Below are positions 43,448 to 57,676 of a stretch of DNA of 64,000 nt, piece after piece. The stretch is from Amoebidium appalachense (Eukaryota; Protista; Ichthyosporea): positions 5,892,564 to 5,956,563 of the forward strand of contig CAVNZM010000004.1 in the NCBI GenBank assembly GCA_963693365.1. Reading direction: 5' to 3'. The notes below the pieces were generated by a model. The model ran no database searches and had not been told where the DNA came from. It was given only the letters and a program-made list of their open reading frames with translations. The position numbers were made by a program, and so were the translations under genes. Position 1 is the stretch's first letter. Every line of letters starts with the position of its first letter.

Positions 43448-45537
43448 CTCATTCATATATATGCACAAGCTCAACAATTACATACGCCTTCCAGCACGAG
43501 CACAGACACACAAATACACACACAGACACGCATGCAACTGCGCACCCGCGCACCACGGGCATGCACACGCACACACATTCGCCCACTTCTAGCCCTTCGC
43601 ACTTCTCCTAGGTATGCGGTTTAATGAAACCCAGCACCCACATACACATACCTACACGACAAGCATAACAACACACCAGGGGAAGCAACACTCCGGAAGG
43701 ATATGCAAGCAAACGTCCAAGCACATTCCAGCACCCATCACACGTGCGCGCATGTATCTAACCCTATCCTGGTGCAGGTGGGGCACATCCGCAATGTTGC
43801 AGTGATTGCACACGTGGACCACGGCAAGACCACGCTGGTGGACCAGCTGCTGGCGCAGTGCGGCATGAAGCTGACCATGGAGAGGGCCATGGACAACATT
43901 GCCCTGGAAAAGTGTGTACCCCTTGTGACTGATGCATGATGAGCTTGTGGAGAGCTTGTTGTGTGGCGCCGACATGTGTGGGGGGGAATACTTGATTTTA
44001 GGTGCACATGGGTATGAAAGTGGTTGTGGAAACGGGACTGGTGCAGCTCCTCAAGGGAAGGGTTCTGGTGGCAACAAGCTTGGTCGAATGTTACTGGTAT
44101 ATAGGCCTAGGGGAGGGGGGAAGGGGAGGAGGGAGATGGGAGGGGGAGGGGGAGGAGAGAATGAGAGAGAGGCCTACCAGGGAAGAGGGAGAAAAAGGGG
44201 GTGGCAAGAGCCTTGGGAAGGCGGAACTGTTGGAATGCCCCGCGGACATTTTTAGCACGTTACCAGGGTGGGGGGAAGGGGGGGGGGGAGGGGGGGAAAG
44301 GGGAAGGAGGTGGAGGGAGAGGGGGGGGGGGGGTGGCTGAAGGGATATGTAATCAATGGGGTAAGCATATATCGCAATTGTGGTTAGGGATGTGGTGGGG
44401 CAAGGGTTAAATGGGTGGGGGTGAGGTATTAATGGAAAAGCAAAAGAATGAGGTGGGAGGGAGGAGGGGGGTTGGGGGGGGGGGAGGGGGGGGAGGGGGA
44501 GGGGAGGGGGGGGGGGGGGGGGGCTGGAGATATGGGGAGAAGTAGAAACTGAACCCTTAGGGTCGTGCTTTCTGTCAGCTATAAGGTCCCACGTTTTCAC
44601 ACAGAGATACCTCTGCAGGGAAAGAGGCATCACCATCATGAGCAAGAACACGTCGATCCAGTGGGCGGGCAAGCTTCTCAACATTGTCGATACACCCGGC
44701 CACCAGGACTTCGGGGGGGAGGTGGAGCGTGTTCTAGGGATGGTGGACGGTGTTCTACTCGTCGTCGATGCTACCGAGGGGCCCATGCCCCAGACGAAAT
44801 TCGTACTATCCAAAGCGCTATCCCACGGTCTTAAGCCCATCGTGGTGATAAACAAGGCAGATAGGAACACGGCGAGGCTGGACGGACAGGTTGAGGACGA
44901 GATATTCGAACTTTTCTGCAATTTGAACGCAAACGATGATCAGCTGGGGTTCCCCGTGCTTTATGCCTCGGCAAGGGACGGGTGGTGTGTGAAGGAGTTG
45001 GGGGATGAGAGGAAGAATATACATGCGCTGTATGATGCGATCATTGAGCATGTGCCCCCACCTACCGTGCTGGACACGAACGAGTTCTCGGTGCGTGCAT
45101 GTGTGTGTGTGTGGGGGGGGGGGGGGGGGGGGGGGGGGGAGGAGGTTCGGAAGATGGGGGGGGGGGGGGGGGAGAGAGTAGGGGTTGAGAGGGGGGGGAG
45201 GGGTGTGTGGCGGGCGGGGGGGATCGGGGTGTGGGTGGGTGTGTGGGTGGGTGGGTGTGTCCGGGGGGGGGGGGGGGGGGGGGGGAGGTATATCATTGGG
45301 TAGGTGGGTAGGCGGCGGGTGGGTGGGCGGGGTATCGGACTTGTGTGTATAAATGTGCACATGCAAGAAACCGCCTAGGATGGCTAGTGTCGGGGCGATA
45401 GTGGTTGCGGGTGTGAGGGGGTGAAGGGAACGGAGAGGGAGGGCATGTATGTGTCTATGTGCGAGAGAACGGGTGGTTGTGGCTGCTCGTTGTGGGGCAG
45501 GCAAACGGGTGAGTGGGTTACTGGAACGTGTGGGTGG

Positions 45538-45633
<96 letters not shown>

Positions 45634-46305
45634 GTGGTGGTGATGGCTGGGGGGCGGACGGAAGGGGGAGGACGTTAGAGTAATGGGGAGGGCGGGAAGG
45701 GTGGTTGGTGTGTGTATGTGGGCGTGGTAGCGGTGGTGGTGGTGGTGGTGGTGGTGGGGTGGGGGGGGGGGATGCATGTTTGGGATAGGGAAAGGTGGGG
45801 GGAGATCAATTAAGTTGCTCAAGGGGGCAGAGACTGAAGAAATACTGCCATAGACAGGGAAGGGGGTCTGTATGGCTGAGGCTCAGCCAGGGGGAGGGGG
45901 GGGGGGGAGGGGGAGGAATCACGGGGAGGGGAGAGGGACCGGGGTTGGAGGTGGGGGTGGAGTGGGACGGGGGGGTTCGAGGTGGATTGAATGCAAGGAA
46001 GGTGGTGGGGCGATATGCAGTGATGTGGGGACGGGGGATAGGAACTCGCCTGCTGGGGTGACCTGACGGTGGTGTGGGTGAGCAGATGCTGGTGACCAAC
46101 ATCGAGTATGACAACTATGTGGGCCGCATAGTTACAGGAAAGATCCACTCGGGGGTGGCCCAGGTGCGTGTCTGTGTATGTGGGTGGGTGGGTGGGGGGG
46201 GGGGGGGGGGGGAGAGTGCTCGGGAGTTTGGGGGGAGGCCGCAAGGATATGACTTCTGTGGCTTAGAAAGGTCGAGGGAGTCGTGGCAGGAGGGAGGGGG
46301 CACCA

Positions 46306-46342
<37 letters not shown>

Positions 46343-47471
46343 GGGGGGAGGGAGAATGGACAATAGACTCTTCTTTCCCAGCACTCACATGGGCTATGGC
46401 GTGCAGGTAGGAGACCAGGTTGTGTCGTTGACCCGTGAGGGCGCACGGGTGCTTGATGGCCGCATAGTCAAGGTCTTCCGCCGCCGTGGGCTGGACCGTG
46501 AGGAGATACCCTTTGCTGAGGCTGGAGACATTGTGTCTTTGGCCGGCCTGCCTGCAAACGTAACGGATACCGTGTGCAGCGTGGGTGTGTCGGACCCCAT
46601 CCCCACCACGGCCATAGACCCCCCTACCATTGGCATGACGTTTAGCGTCAACGATTCGCCCCTGCAGGGTAAGGGTGGTGGAACTAGGTTGACGTCTAAT
46701 CTGATCAAGGAGAGGCTGTTGAAGGAGTGTGAGAACAACATCACTATTCAGGTCAAGCCTGCTGCAGATAGCGACAGCTTTGAGGTGTGAATATGATCCA
46801 CCCCTCCTTCCCCCTTCTCTCTCTCCCGTTACACACGTACACACACGTGCACACACACACACACACACACACACAAGCACACACACACAAACTTCCCCCC
46901 TCCTCTAGCCACCCAAACATGCTTTCATTCTTACATCACCTTCAACTTTCTTTCGCCTCTCACACATCGTCCCCTGTGCCTATGTACTTTCTGCTCATGC
47001 AACCCATTCTAACCCCCCCTCGCCACCCTTCCCCCCCCCCTCCCCCCCTCCCCCCCCCCCCCCCCCCCCAAAAAAAAAAAAAAAAAAAAAAAAACGCACT
47101 CAGGTGCACGGACGTGGTGAGCTGCAGCTAGGAATTCTGATCGAGACTATGCGCCGGGAGGGCTACGAGATGACGATCAGCCCTCCACGTGTACTGCTGC
47201 GTGTGGGGGAGGATGGGCGCAGGGAGGAGCCGTGGGAGGAGGTGACGGTGGATCTGCCCAGCACCCACAGTGGCACGGTCATCAGCAGCCTGCAGGAGAG
47301 GGGGGGGGAGATGCTGGCTTTCAGGCAGGACGATGCAAGGTGTGTGGGTGTGTGTATGGGGGTGTGTGTGAGTGTGGGGGGGAGGGAGGGGGCGGGGATG
47401 GGGGGGGGGGGGGGGGGGGGGGGTTGGGAGGGTGGGGGTGTGAGTATAAGGGTAGGGGCGAAGGTCCGGGT

Positions 47472-47505
<34 letters not shown>

Positions 47506-48503
47506 TGTGGGGGGGGGGAGGGATCAGGGGCAAGCGGTGGAGGGAATGTGGGGATGGTGGACTGGGTCCTGGGAGAGTTGCGGGGGGGGGGGGGGGGGGG
47601 GGGGGGGGATTTGGGATTTTTGCGGCGGCAGGTAGGGAGGGGGCTGAACAGACGAACGGGGTCCAGGGAGGAGGGGGTGGGCGGGGGCAGCGGGGTTGTT
47701 TGTAGTGTGTGTGTGGGGGGGGGGGGAGGGGGCTTGTGTTCGTTTAGGCGTGGGGGGTTGGGTTCTTTTGGGTGGGTGGGGGGGGGGGGGAAGGGGGGGG
47801 GAAATCTCAGGTTTGAAGGCAGTACGTAGATCAGGAAGAGAATGGGATGGCAGCCAAAGCTACCTTGAGAAGGGGGGAGTGGGGTAGGTGTGATTGGCAA
47901 AGTATCATTCAGTGCCTTCCCCCATTGCCTTACATGAAGGGAATCATGGACTATAATAGACGCGAGAGAGTGGATAATGTTCATGCCTCTAACCTTCACC
48001 TTCTCCCCAGTGCGCGTGTAGTGTTTGCCGTGCCCTCGAGGGGCCTCATGGGGTTCCGCAGTGAGGTCAAGTCCCAGACAAGTGGGTCGGCTGTCATCAA
48101 CTCTACCTTCCACGGCTACAGGTGTATTTTAGCCCCTGTACGGCTCTGCTCATCATATAAATAGACAGTGTGCACATACGCACACACGGACGCCCACAAA
48201 CAATGTTCACTGGCACACCACATGCCTACACGTACACACTTGAACACACACAAGGAGGCACAAACACGCACGGGAGAGCTCTTACACACACACACACACA
48301 CAGACACAGACATACAGACACACACACATACACAACCCCCCTCCCCCCTAGCCCACAAGTACCTGCCAAAAAGCACACACAAGCACACGTTGCTTGGCCT
48401 GCATCATCCCATCTCGTCTTTAGTCTCCCCATCCAACAGCATGGTTGAGGGCTGTGCTTGTTATAACGGAGAAACCCTTTCCTACTTACCATCTTTTCTA
48501 ACT

Positions 48504-48592
<89 letters not shown>

Positions 48593-48891
48593 GGCACCAT
48601 TCAGCTTTTTTTTTTCCACATTACACTTTTCTCAATGAACCTGTGTACTCGACACAATGGCAATCACTCTAACCCCCCTTACCCCGTAGGCTAGTGAGTG
48701 CCGGCAGCAGCATCAAGAAGTCTAAGGGCAAGCTGATAGCGTCTATAGGGGGTATAGCCATGTCATATGCCCTCAAGGATATCGAGGCTAGGGGGGTGCT
48801 CTTTGTGGCCCCTGGTCAGGAGGTCGGTATTCACGTCCCCCTTCCTCCTCACCCAACACACACAGACATACACACACACAAAGAAGATGGA

Positions 48892-48952
<61 letters not shown>

Positions 48953-49003
48953 ACACACGTGCACACACACACACACACACACGTGCACACAATCACGCAA
49001 GCG

Positions 49004-49045
<42 letters not shown>

Positions 49046-49051
49046 TAAAAT

Positions 49052-49095
<44 letters not shown>

Positions 49096-50286
49096 AGCAC
49101 ACACACAGCACACTAACATACGTACACACCCGTTTTACAGGTTGCAGTCTCTTCTGCTGCTGCTGCTTTTTTTCTTTCAGCCCACCCCTTCAATGCTCTC
49201 CTGTTTTCCCTATACACCCACCCACCTCATTCATCCACCCCCATCCCCACCCACCTACCCAGCCCAGGACACCTAACCCCTCCCTCCTCCCCCCTTCCCA
49301 CACACAAACACACCCCCCCCCCCGTTGACCCCCTTACACACAACCATTCACCTGCCCACTCCCCCTACACCCCCCACCTCCCCACCACACCCACGGCACC
49401 TCAGTTTGTACCCATTTTGCCCCTTTTTGTATTCTACACACTCAATGGCATTCGATTCAAACCACCCGTCACTTCCCCATCTAAAACACAAACTTTCTTT
49501 TTCTCAAACCCCCCTGCAGGTGTACAAGGGCATGGTGGTCGGTGAGTGTGCGCGTGACCACGATCTAGAGGTCAACCCGACACGTGCCAAGAAGGCCACA
49601 AACATACGGGCAGCGGGTAGCGATGAATTTTACCGCCTGACCCCGCCAAAGGTTATGAGTCTGGAGGAGAGCGTGGCTTATCTTGCTGGAGATGCCGATC
49701 ACCAGCTCGAGGTAAACACTGCCACTCCGGTAATATGTTCTGTTTTTGTGTGCCTGTGTTGCGCACGCGACGAGTGTGTGCGTGTGTGTGCTTGTGCTTG
49801 TGTACACGTGCATGGTTGCGGGCGTTTTTGTGTGTGCGTCTGCGTGTGTGCATGCTTGCACGCGTGCGTGGGTTTCTGTGCACTTGGTACGTGTTTGGCA
49901 TGTTCTGTTGCATTTTGTGTGTCATGTAGAGGGTTGGCGAGCTGCATGATGCAAGGCCATTGAGTCGGCCCACTTGCATGTGTGTGCTTAATAGTTGGTG
50001 AGGGTGGTGACCTGAAGGGTGGTGTTGTCCACACGGAACCAGCGAAAATATGTGTGTGTGTGTGGAGGAGGAGGTGGAGGGTGTGCATGTGTGTGTGTGG
50101 GGGGGGGGGGGGGGGGGGAGGGGGGTTGTATACTGAGGGTGTGGATGTGTAAACAGGAGTTAAGAGGGGGAAATATGAGTGCGTGTGTGCTGACTTGGTC
50201 CCCCGCAGGTCACCCCGAGTGCCGTGCGCATGCGCAGACGAGACCTGAACGGCCAACAGCAGAGGAGAAAGGCTGCGGCAGAGTAA
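42579..50286 (+). CDS. typA: TypA/BipA translational GTPase, probably mitochondrion-targeted, 11 exons
   Basis: Exons 42579-42616, 42902-43037, 43778-43911, 44619-45090, 46086-46163, 46407-46784, 47104-47339, 48011-48121, 48690-48822, 49520-49711 and 50209-50286 are all GT-AG and phase-consistent. Motifs: [96 protein letters not shown]. Confidence 0.96.
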
Positions 50287-51424
50287 TAATCCCGAAGGGG
50301 TAAAACGGCAACCCCGCACCCAGCCTATAATGTTTTGACGCACATAGGCCAGCCGGCATACTGGGGTTGGTGAGCAGCGACACAACCACGTGATTGGGTG
50401 TGATATGCGTAGGGGGAAGGGGGGGGGGGGGGGGGGGGGGGGGGAGGAGGGGGGTTGCAGTTGCATGTGTGTTCCTTATATGAGTGAAACCAACTTACAA
50501 TATAAGGTAACTAGCTGTAGCTACCGTGTATCGTTTATGTAATGCTGGCCAATAAGCAAGATTACTATATAGTTGTGAATGTTGGGATGTGGTGATGAGT
50601 GTACGGACGCCTACCCATTGAATAGGCAATATTGCGCAAATGCCTGTTTAATAATTCCGGATATCGTTTGATTGGAGCACTGTGTCATACCTGAAATGTA
50701 CAATGGCGCGACATTCACGACTCAGTCTGAGTGAGGGTCTATCTAGCTTCCAATGCTACAAATAGGTATAATGTATTTAGATAAATGGATAGGATGGGCA
50801 CATGCAGTGATGTGCCGTGTGCTAACTGAATCATTACGTGCTGCTGGCCAGGAGAGAGATCACAGACGATATGTTCCGCTCTATGGGAGAACATGCTATG
50901 CACGCGCACATGCGCAATCTATTCCTTTGTGTTTTGTCTGGATCCACGCATTTATGTACGTACACATACACATGCACGAGCGCACTCGCGACGCGCGCGC
51001 ACAGACACACACACGCGCGCGCGCGCGTGCGCGCGCGCGCACACACACACACACACACAACACACACAGTGTCACACACACACACACACCTACCTTCCCT
51101 GTCTATGCAAGTGGCGTGGCCCAAGGCTTTTGTAAAAGTCGGGGCCGAACGAATGTGCATGCACAAAGTGGTCCGGCCCAGGGAGGTTTTTTAGGCCCCT
51201 GGTTCCCAATGCTGAGGCTGATTTGATTATAATTGGCAATTACACCGAACCGCCTGCAACAGTTTTGTGTGCACTCCGGATCCCATCGATCACCCCCTTA
51301 ACACATGATGTATAACGGCCGGGCATTCCGAATCCTTAAGATTTGGGGGTTTAGCGCAGCTGTAGCTTCGGACAAAAACCATCCCCTCCCTGCCCTTACG
51401 TAAACCCGAGGCCCCCCCCCCCCC

Positions 51425-51462
51425 CTCACCTCACCTCACCTCACCTCACCTCACCTCACCTC
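51425..51462. repeat. (CTCAC)7 pentamer repeat, intergenic
   Basis: Seven exact copies plus a partial copy. Confidence 0.9.
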
Positions 51463-52017
51463 TTCCATGCTATGTAACTGTTGTTGGATCGGAAAGGGGC
51501 TACAGATGGCCCGGATGTATGTGTGTGGGGGGGGGGGGGGGGGGGGGGGGGGGGGAAGAAGGGCAGGCACTTTGTTTTCCTGTTGGTCCTGCCTCTGTAC
51601 ATGTTCACGAACATCTGCTGCATAACCGGATTTCGGCCTGAAATTTATAAGCTCGGAAGGTGGTCCTGTATCCGCTGCAAACCTCATGTTGCATACTTCT
51701 GTGATTTTACTACATTAATGCTGAGCCACAACTTAACATCCAGATGCCCAAGCGTGTACAAGTGGTATATGAACATGGTCTGATTCAATAACAAGTTGGC
51801 CAACAGCCCTGCTCCACCCGACTTCCGTTAACACCACTACACAGCACATTATGTGATCCCTATTACTCAAAATCAAGCCAGCACACACCACCCTTATATG
51901 CATTTAAATAAATTTAAATCAGCAGCCTATGAGATTCTTCGAGCAAACAAAAAAAAAAAAAAAAAAAAAAATACATTACGGTAACCACCATTACAAGTCT
52001 CTCGAGCACACCACCTT

Positions 52018-52073
<56 letters not shown>

Positions 52074-52096
52074 CCCCCCCCCCCCCCCCCTTCAGT

Positions 52097-53477
52097 CTAC
52101 TGAGCCTCCAGCTGAGCCACCCTCTCCTCCAGCTCCAGCCTGGCCTTCCTTTCCCCCTCCAGCTGTTTGCGCAAATCCTGCACCAGCCCCAACAGCTCTA
52201 GCACCTGCCCGGCCACTTCCCCGACCCCCTTGCCCTCATCATCCCCTCCCTCCAGGTCCGTCGATGTTCTGCGTGCCACGTGCCCCATTAGCTCATGATT
52301 CGCCATCCCCCCCCCCCCCCCTCCCCCCTCCCCCCCCCCCCCTCAAATTTACCCCCCCTCAAATTTATAATAACAATAACAATAACAATAACAGGAATAA
52401 TAAAATAGTAGTAGTAATAATAATAGTAATAAAATGCATAAAAAAAGTGCCGACTCTCCCTCTTATATTTACCAATTGCGGGGTTGAAAACAAGATTCAC
52501 CAAAGAGTATATACATAGTCTTAGTCCTAGAAAGAAGTATTGGTTGGATCAAGGGCAAGGTCAGCTGCGAGGGGAAGAGTAGGTCCAGCATACCACGTGC
52601 CATTGAGCAACCGTAAAACAGCATGCAGGGGCAAACAGACACCGAGAAAAGCACGTGCAAAGCAACAAAACACACATCCTACCTGCTCTGTGTGCTGTGG
52701 CGGGAGGGTGGTCTGCGGCCCGTAGCGGCCCCAATCCTCTTCTTTGCCACGCTGTCGAGCACAGGCGCGGCCGATGGTGCATTCATATCCACCCCCTTCT
52801 CTGCCGGTGGAGGGGTGGCCTTGGGTGGAGGCCCAGACCTTCCCAGTGACCCTGCACCAGGGAAAAGAGGCACGGCACCAGACGGCAAACCCTTAGGTGT
52901 CCACTTGCGGGTTTGTGCGGTGGTTTCGCTTGCACCCCCATCTTCCGTTTTCGTTTCCTCCTTTGCTGGTGCGGGTTTAGGGGCTGGTTTGACCCCTGGC
53001 CCCGGACGAGGGGCCGATTTCGGGCTGGAGGGTTTGGCAGCCGGTGCGGGTGCGGGTGCGGGTGCAGGGGATGCGTCTGATTGGTCGTTAGATGCAGAAG
53101 GAATTTCGCCCATCTTCTCCCTGCGCCTGCGCATCCACTCGGGCATAGCATCGTCCTGTTTGGGGGGCACATCCACTACCTCCCTGCTGATCTTCTTGCT
53201 GAGACGTGAGGCACCAAACGTGGGCGCGGTGGGCGTGGGCTCTTCGGGCTTGCTCACATCACCTGCAGTCAGCGGAAAAAATGAGTGAGCGAGTGTGTGA
53301 GTGTGTGAGCTCAGCCAGTGGCCCCAATGCGCAGAGGTGCGTGTGTGTGCGCATGTTGGAAGGGGGGGGGGGGGGGGGGGGGGAAGGAGGACATAAGGAC
53401 CGATGACGTAGAAACAGATGCACGGTACATGGTGGTAAGGTAGCTTGATTCAAGCAAGAAGGTCAGTGTGTGCGTGT

Positions 53478-53540
<63 letters not shown>

Positions 53541-53878
53541 CTTCCTCTATTTCGGGCGGCAGGGAGGGGGGGGATGACCTCCCCCGTTTGGGGAAAAGGA
53601 GGGGAGGGAGACGTGTAAATCAGAATTCAGCATATGCAAGTGCATGCGTGCCTGCCAGTGCGTGCATGTGTGGGCGCATGTGTGTGGGTATACACGTCTG
53701 GATGGGGGGGGGGCACTGATCATGTTTCTATGCCCCATTTTACTCCTTTCCTCCCTCGTGCTGTGTATGTGTATGCTCTTCCATTCGTACGCCCGTCCCT
53801 CCTGTGACGCCTGTGGACGTGGTGTGTGTCACACGGCTTTATGTGCCTTGGCAACGTGTCGCGTGTGTTTGTAGGTGG

Positions 53879-53920
<42 letters not shown>

Positions 53921-54236
53921 ATGTGCATGTGTTTGTGTGCCTGTACGGGTCTACGGTGCATGTGTGCGTGTATGCCTCCCCCCCCACCCCCACCCCCTCC
54001 CTTCTAAGCGCCCGCGGAAGGGGGGATTGTGTGTGTGTGTGTGTGGTGGGGTGTGTGGGGGGGGGGGAGGGGGGTGCATACTTGTAGACTTTGACTCGAC
54101 CTTCTTCAACTGTGCTGCACCGGGCAGCACTGTGGGCAGCACCTGCACGGCCCACATGGTGAGTACAGCCATGCTCCAATACACCACCACACATGCCCTG
54201 CGTCCCCACTACAGCCCCCCCTCCCCCCTCCCTTCC

Positions 54237-54317
<81 letters not shown>

Positions 54318-55549
54318 TCTTATTCTTTTTAGTCACGCTCTCGAGCTGGGTTAGTCACCCACCCCACCAGGGATAGTAAATAGCCCAGAGCAACACAGAG
54401 GGTAGCGGGTGTGTGGTTGTGCCTGCCCATCGGGCTGCCCACGGGCGGACATGTGGTGGCTGGTGCTTGTGTTTGGCCATGAACGGGTTCTCTTGTGCAT
54501 GCACACACACACGTGTGTGGACATGCGTACCAGTAACTGGGCCACATGCATCCGTGTGTGTGCTTTCGTGTCAAACATCCCCGCAAGTGTGTGTGTGCGT
54601 GTGCGTCCATACAAATGTGTCTGTGCCTGTGGCACGTGCCGCCTTTGTGGCAGGCAGGAAGCACGTAGTCGTGCCCATATGCATATATACAGGTGTGTGC
54701 ATGTACATGCCCCTATCCACCCCGTGCACGGACCTTGAAGCCGTGGCTGGGCCTGCGGGCCATCTTTGTGTCTTGGTCCTCGTCGGGCAGCATGTCCACA
54801 AAGTTGGTCGGGAACCAGCCCTGCTTGCCGTTGAGTGTGCCCTGCCACCTGCAGTGTACCGTCAGCAAGGCTCATCATGTCGTGTAGAGTGTGGTGCATG
54901 TTGTGTAGAGTGTGGTGCATGTCGCACAACTGCTCGAACCACTGAATGCCCGTTGATGCCTACCCTAGAGTCAACGGGCTCCTTCGTTGACTGCACCCTT
55001 ATCCCCCCTCTGCCCCCCCCCTCCCCCCCCCCCCCCCCCCTCACACATGCACATATACAAACACCCCCAAAGACAGCACCCACATCACAACGAATCTGTA
55101 TACTGGCCCCTGACAAACCCTTTTTAGCTCTGTTACTCCGGGTCACTTTTCAGCCTCCCCCCCCCCCCCTCCCCTCCTCCTTTCCACCCCCCCCCCCCCC
55201 CTCTAAGCACCCATCACACACACTTTCTCAAAATCGCTTCTCTCTCCCTCCCTACCATTCACGTGCCCTCGTATAGGGCCTCCTTGCACCCCCTTCCCCC
55301 TCTACAGGCCTCCCCCCCTCCCCCCTTCACCAAAACACACGCACTCACCCACACCCACCCACAAGCCCCCCCCCCCCCCCCCCCCCCCCCCAAACCCACC
55401 CACCCACCCATCCACCCATCTACCCCCCCTCCCCAACCACCCAACTACTCACCCAACCCTCACTACCCCCGCACCCCCCCCTACACACACACCAACCAGC
55501 CGCACCTCCCCACCCACCCACCCACCCCCCGCCCCGAAACATCCCCCCC

Positions 55550-55598
<49 letters not shown>

Positions 55599-57267
55599 AT
55601 TCACCCATCCCCCGCCCCAGAACACACCTCCCCCCACCCCCCCAACCACCCCCCCCCATACACGCACCCACAAACCCACACACGCACACACACACCAACC
55701 AGCCACACCAGCCCGCCGGCCTCCACCACCCACCCACCCGCCACCCACCCACCCACCCACCTACCCCGCTCACTCAACTACCCACCCATCCACCCAGCCC
55801 CACCCATCCACCCACCCCACCTACCCCATTCACCCAGCCACCCGCCCATCTACCTATCCCAAACCACCCATCAACCCACCCCCCTCCCTCCCTCCCTTCT
55901 CCCCCCCCCCCCCCCCCCCCCGCCCCCAACACCCACCCACCCTCCCCCCTCCCCCTCCGCCTTCCTTACCCCCTCCCCCCTACCCACCCTCCCCTCCCCA
56001 GCCACCCCCCCCCCCCCCCCAACATCCAGCCCCCCCCCCCCCCTCCCCCCCCCCCTCCCACCCATCCACCCACACGCACCAGTCCTTGTCATCCTGGTTT
56101 TCCACCTCGACAACATCCCCAACGTCAAACGACAACTCATCCCCCTGTGTAGCCTCGTATGCATGGTGGGCCTTGCACCGTGGCTTGCCCCCCCCACCAC
56201 TACTGCCAACAGGCGCAGATGCAGACGGCACCGTTGCTGTGGGTGATGGCGGTGCAGGCTCCTTGGGCTGCTTGCACACAGCATTAAAACATGTGCCTAC
56301 CCTCCTTCCCCCCTCCCTTCCCTCCCAACTTAGCTGTCCCCCCCCCCCCCCCCCCCCCCCCCCACCCCTCGGCGGGACCCCATGTTTTAACTGTATAACC
56401 ACAGAGTCAACAGATTGGCCATTATAAGCAAAATGAGGCATATAGGCGAACAAGAAAAATCACTCTGGAACTCAGCATATGAGGAAACCCCCATACCCGC
56501 CACCCCCTTTCCCACAGGGATCTAAACGAGGGGCCCTTAGCCTGACCGTGCACATGCATGCCCGTGACCGGGTGAGGCGGGGGTGAGGGCAGACGGACAC
56601 CCGGGGGTGGTGGTGGGGGGGGGGATGAGAATGCATAACAGAACACCATGAAGAGGGGGGGGGGGGGGGGGGGGGGGGCTGGTTGAATGCCCCATAGAGC
56701 ACGAAGTACACACATACAACGTGCAAACCACACCTAAAGAGTATCCGTAAGAAGCAGAGCCCATTCTTCGGGGGGACCCCACGGAGGGGAGAAGGGGGGC
56801 AGAGGCACACACCTCATCGTTGACGGCTGGGTTGCTCTTTGTCATGCGCTTGCCCAGCTGGCTCATGACGTCACCAATGCCCCCGGTCGGCGGCATCACC
56901 TTCTTGGCTGCTTGGCCCAAAACAGTTAGTACATTCCCTCATCCCCCCCCCCCCCCCCCCCCCCCCTAACAATCCCACCCCACCCCAAACACACAACACA
57001 CACCCCACAAGCAAAAGGAATGTACTGCCATTGACACCACTGCATACTCCCCCCTCCCCCCCCCTACACACACTCCCCCCACCTCCCCCCCCCCCCCCCC
57101 CCGTCTCCCCTTTGCACCACCATCCTCCTTCTTACCCCTGAACACCCAATCCATTGCCCACTAGCTTTACCCCTTGAGCACTAAGAGGGAGATGGGGTGC
57201 CTATGAAGACCCGAAAAAGAGGAATATTAGGCAAAACATCTTTTTAAGAGGAGGAGGGGGGAAGGTG

Positions 57268-57329
<62 letters not shown>

Positions 57330-57676
57330 AAGAGGAGAGAGGAAGAGCATCAAAGAGAGGGGTCTAGAGCAGCCACGTACGCTTTCTGAGGGCCGCCTCA
57401 TCCTCCACAGGGGGGGCTCAGCAGCAGGAACCGCAGCCGGCAAGGCAGCAGACGACTGGGAGGGGGCCTTTGGCCGGGCCGGTGGGGGGGGCTTTTCCGG
57501 CTCATCCTTGACCTCCTCGACGAAATTTTCAGGAAAAACCCCCACCTTGCCATCCAGCTCACCCTCCATCCAGCCCTCGAATATGGAGGGGTTGGTGACC
57601 CGAACTGTCTGGCCCACCCGCAGAAGCAACTCGTCATCGTTGACGGGGTCATAGTCGAATGTCACACGCACCTTCA
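52097..57676 (-). CDS. CIN85(SH3KBP1)/CD2AP-like adaptor: 2 SH3 domains, Pro-rich regions, CPI-like motif, C-terminal coiled coil; start exon not located
   Basis: Approximate exons: 57381-57676 (SH3: VTFDYDPVNDDELLLRVG..GWMEGELDGKVGVFPENFV), 56813-56912, 56080-56270 and 54734-54849 (SH3: AYEATQGDELSFDVGD..DWWQGTLNGKQGWFPTNFV), 54082-54142, 52683-53263 (Pro-rich; ATGRRPPS), 52097-52268 (DLRKQLEGERKARLELEERVAQLEAQ*). Confidence 0.85.

Noticed and set aside
51109-51400. CAAGTGGCGTGGCC start reminiscent of a hAT-type MITE end
   Set aside because: No matching inverted end or 8-bp duplication was found.
55263-56246. 327-aa Pro/His-rich extensin-like ORF
   Set aside because: It is the C-rich strand of an intron of the minus-strand SH3 gene.
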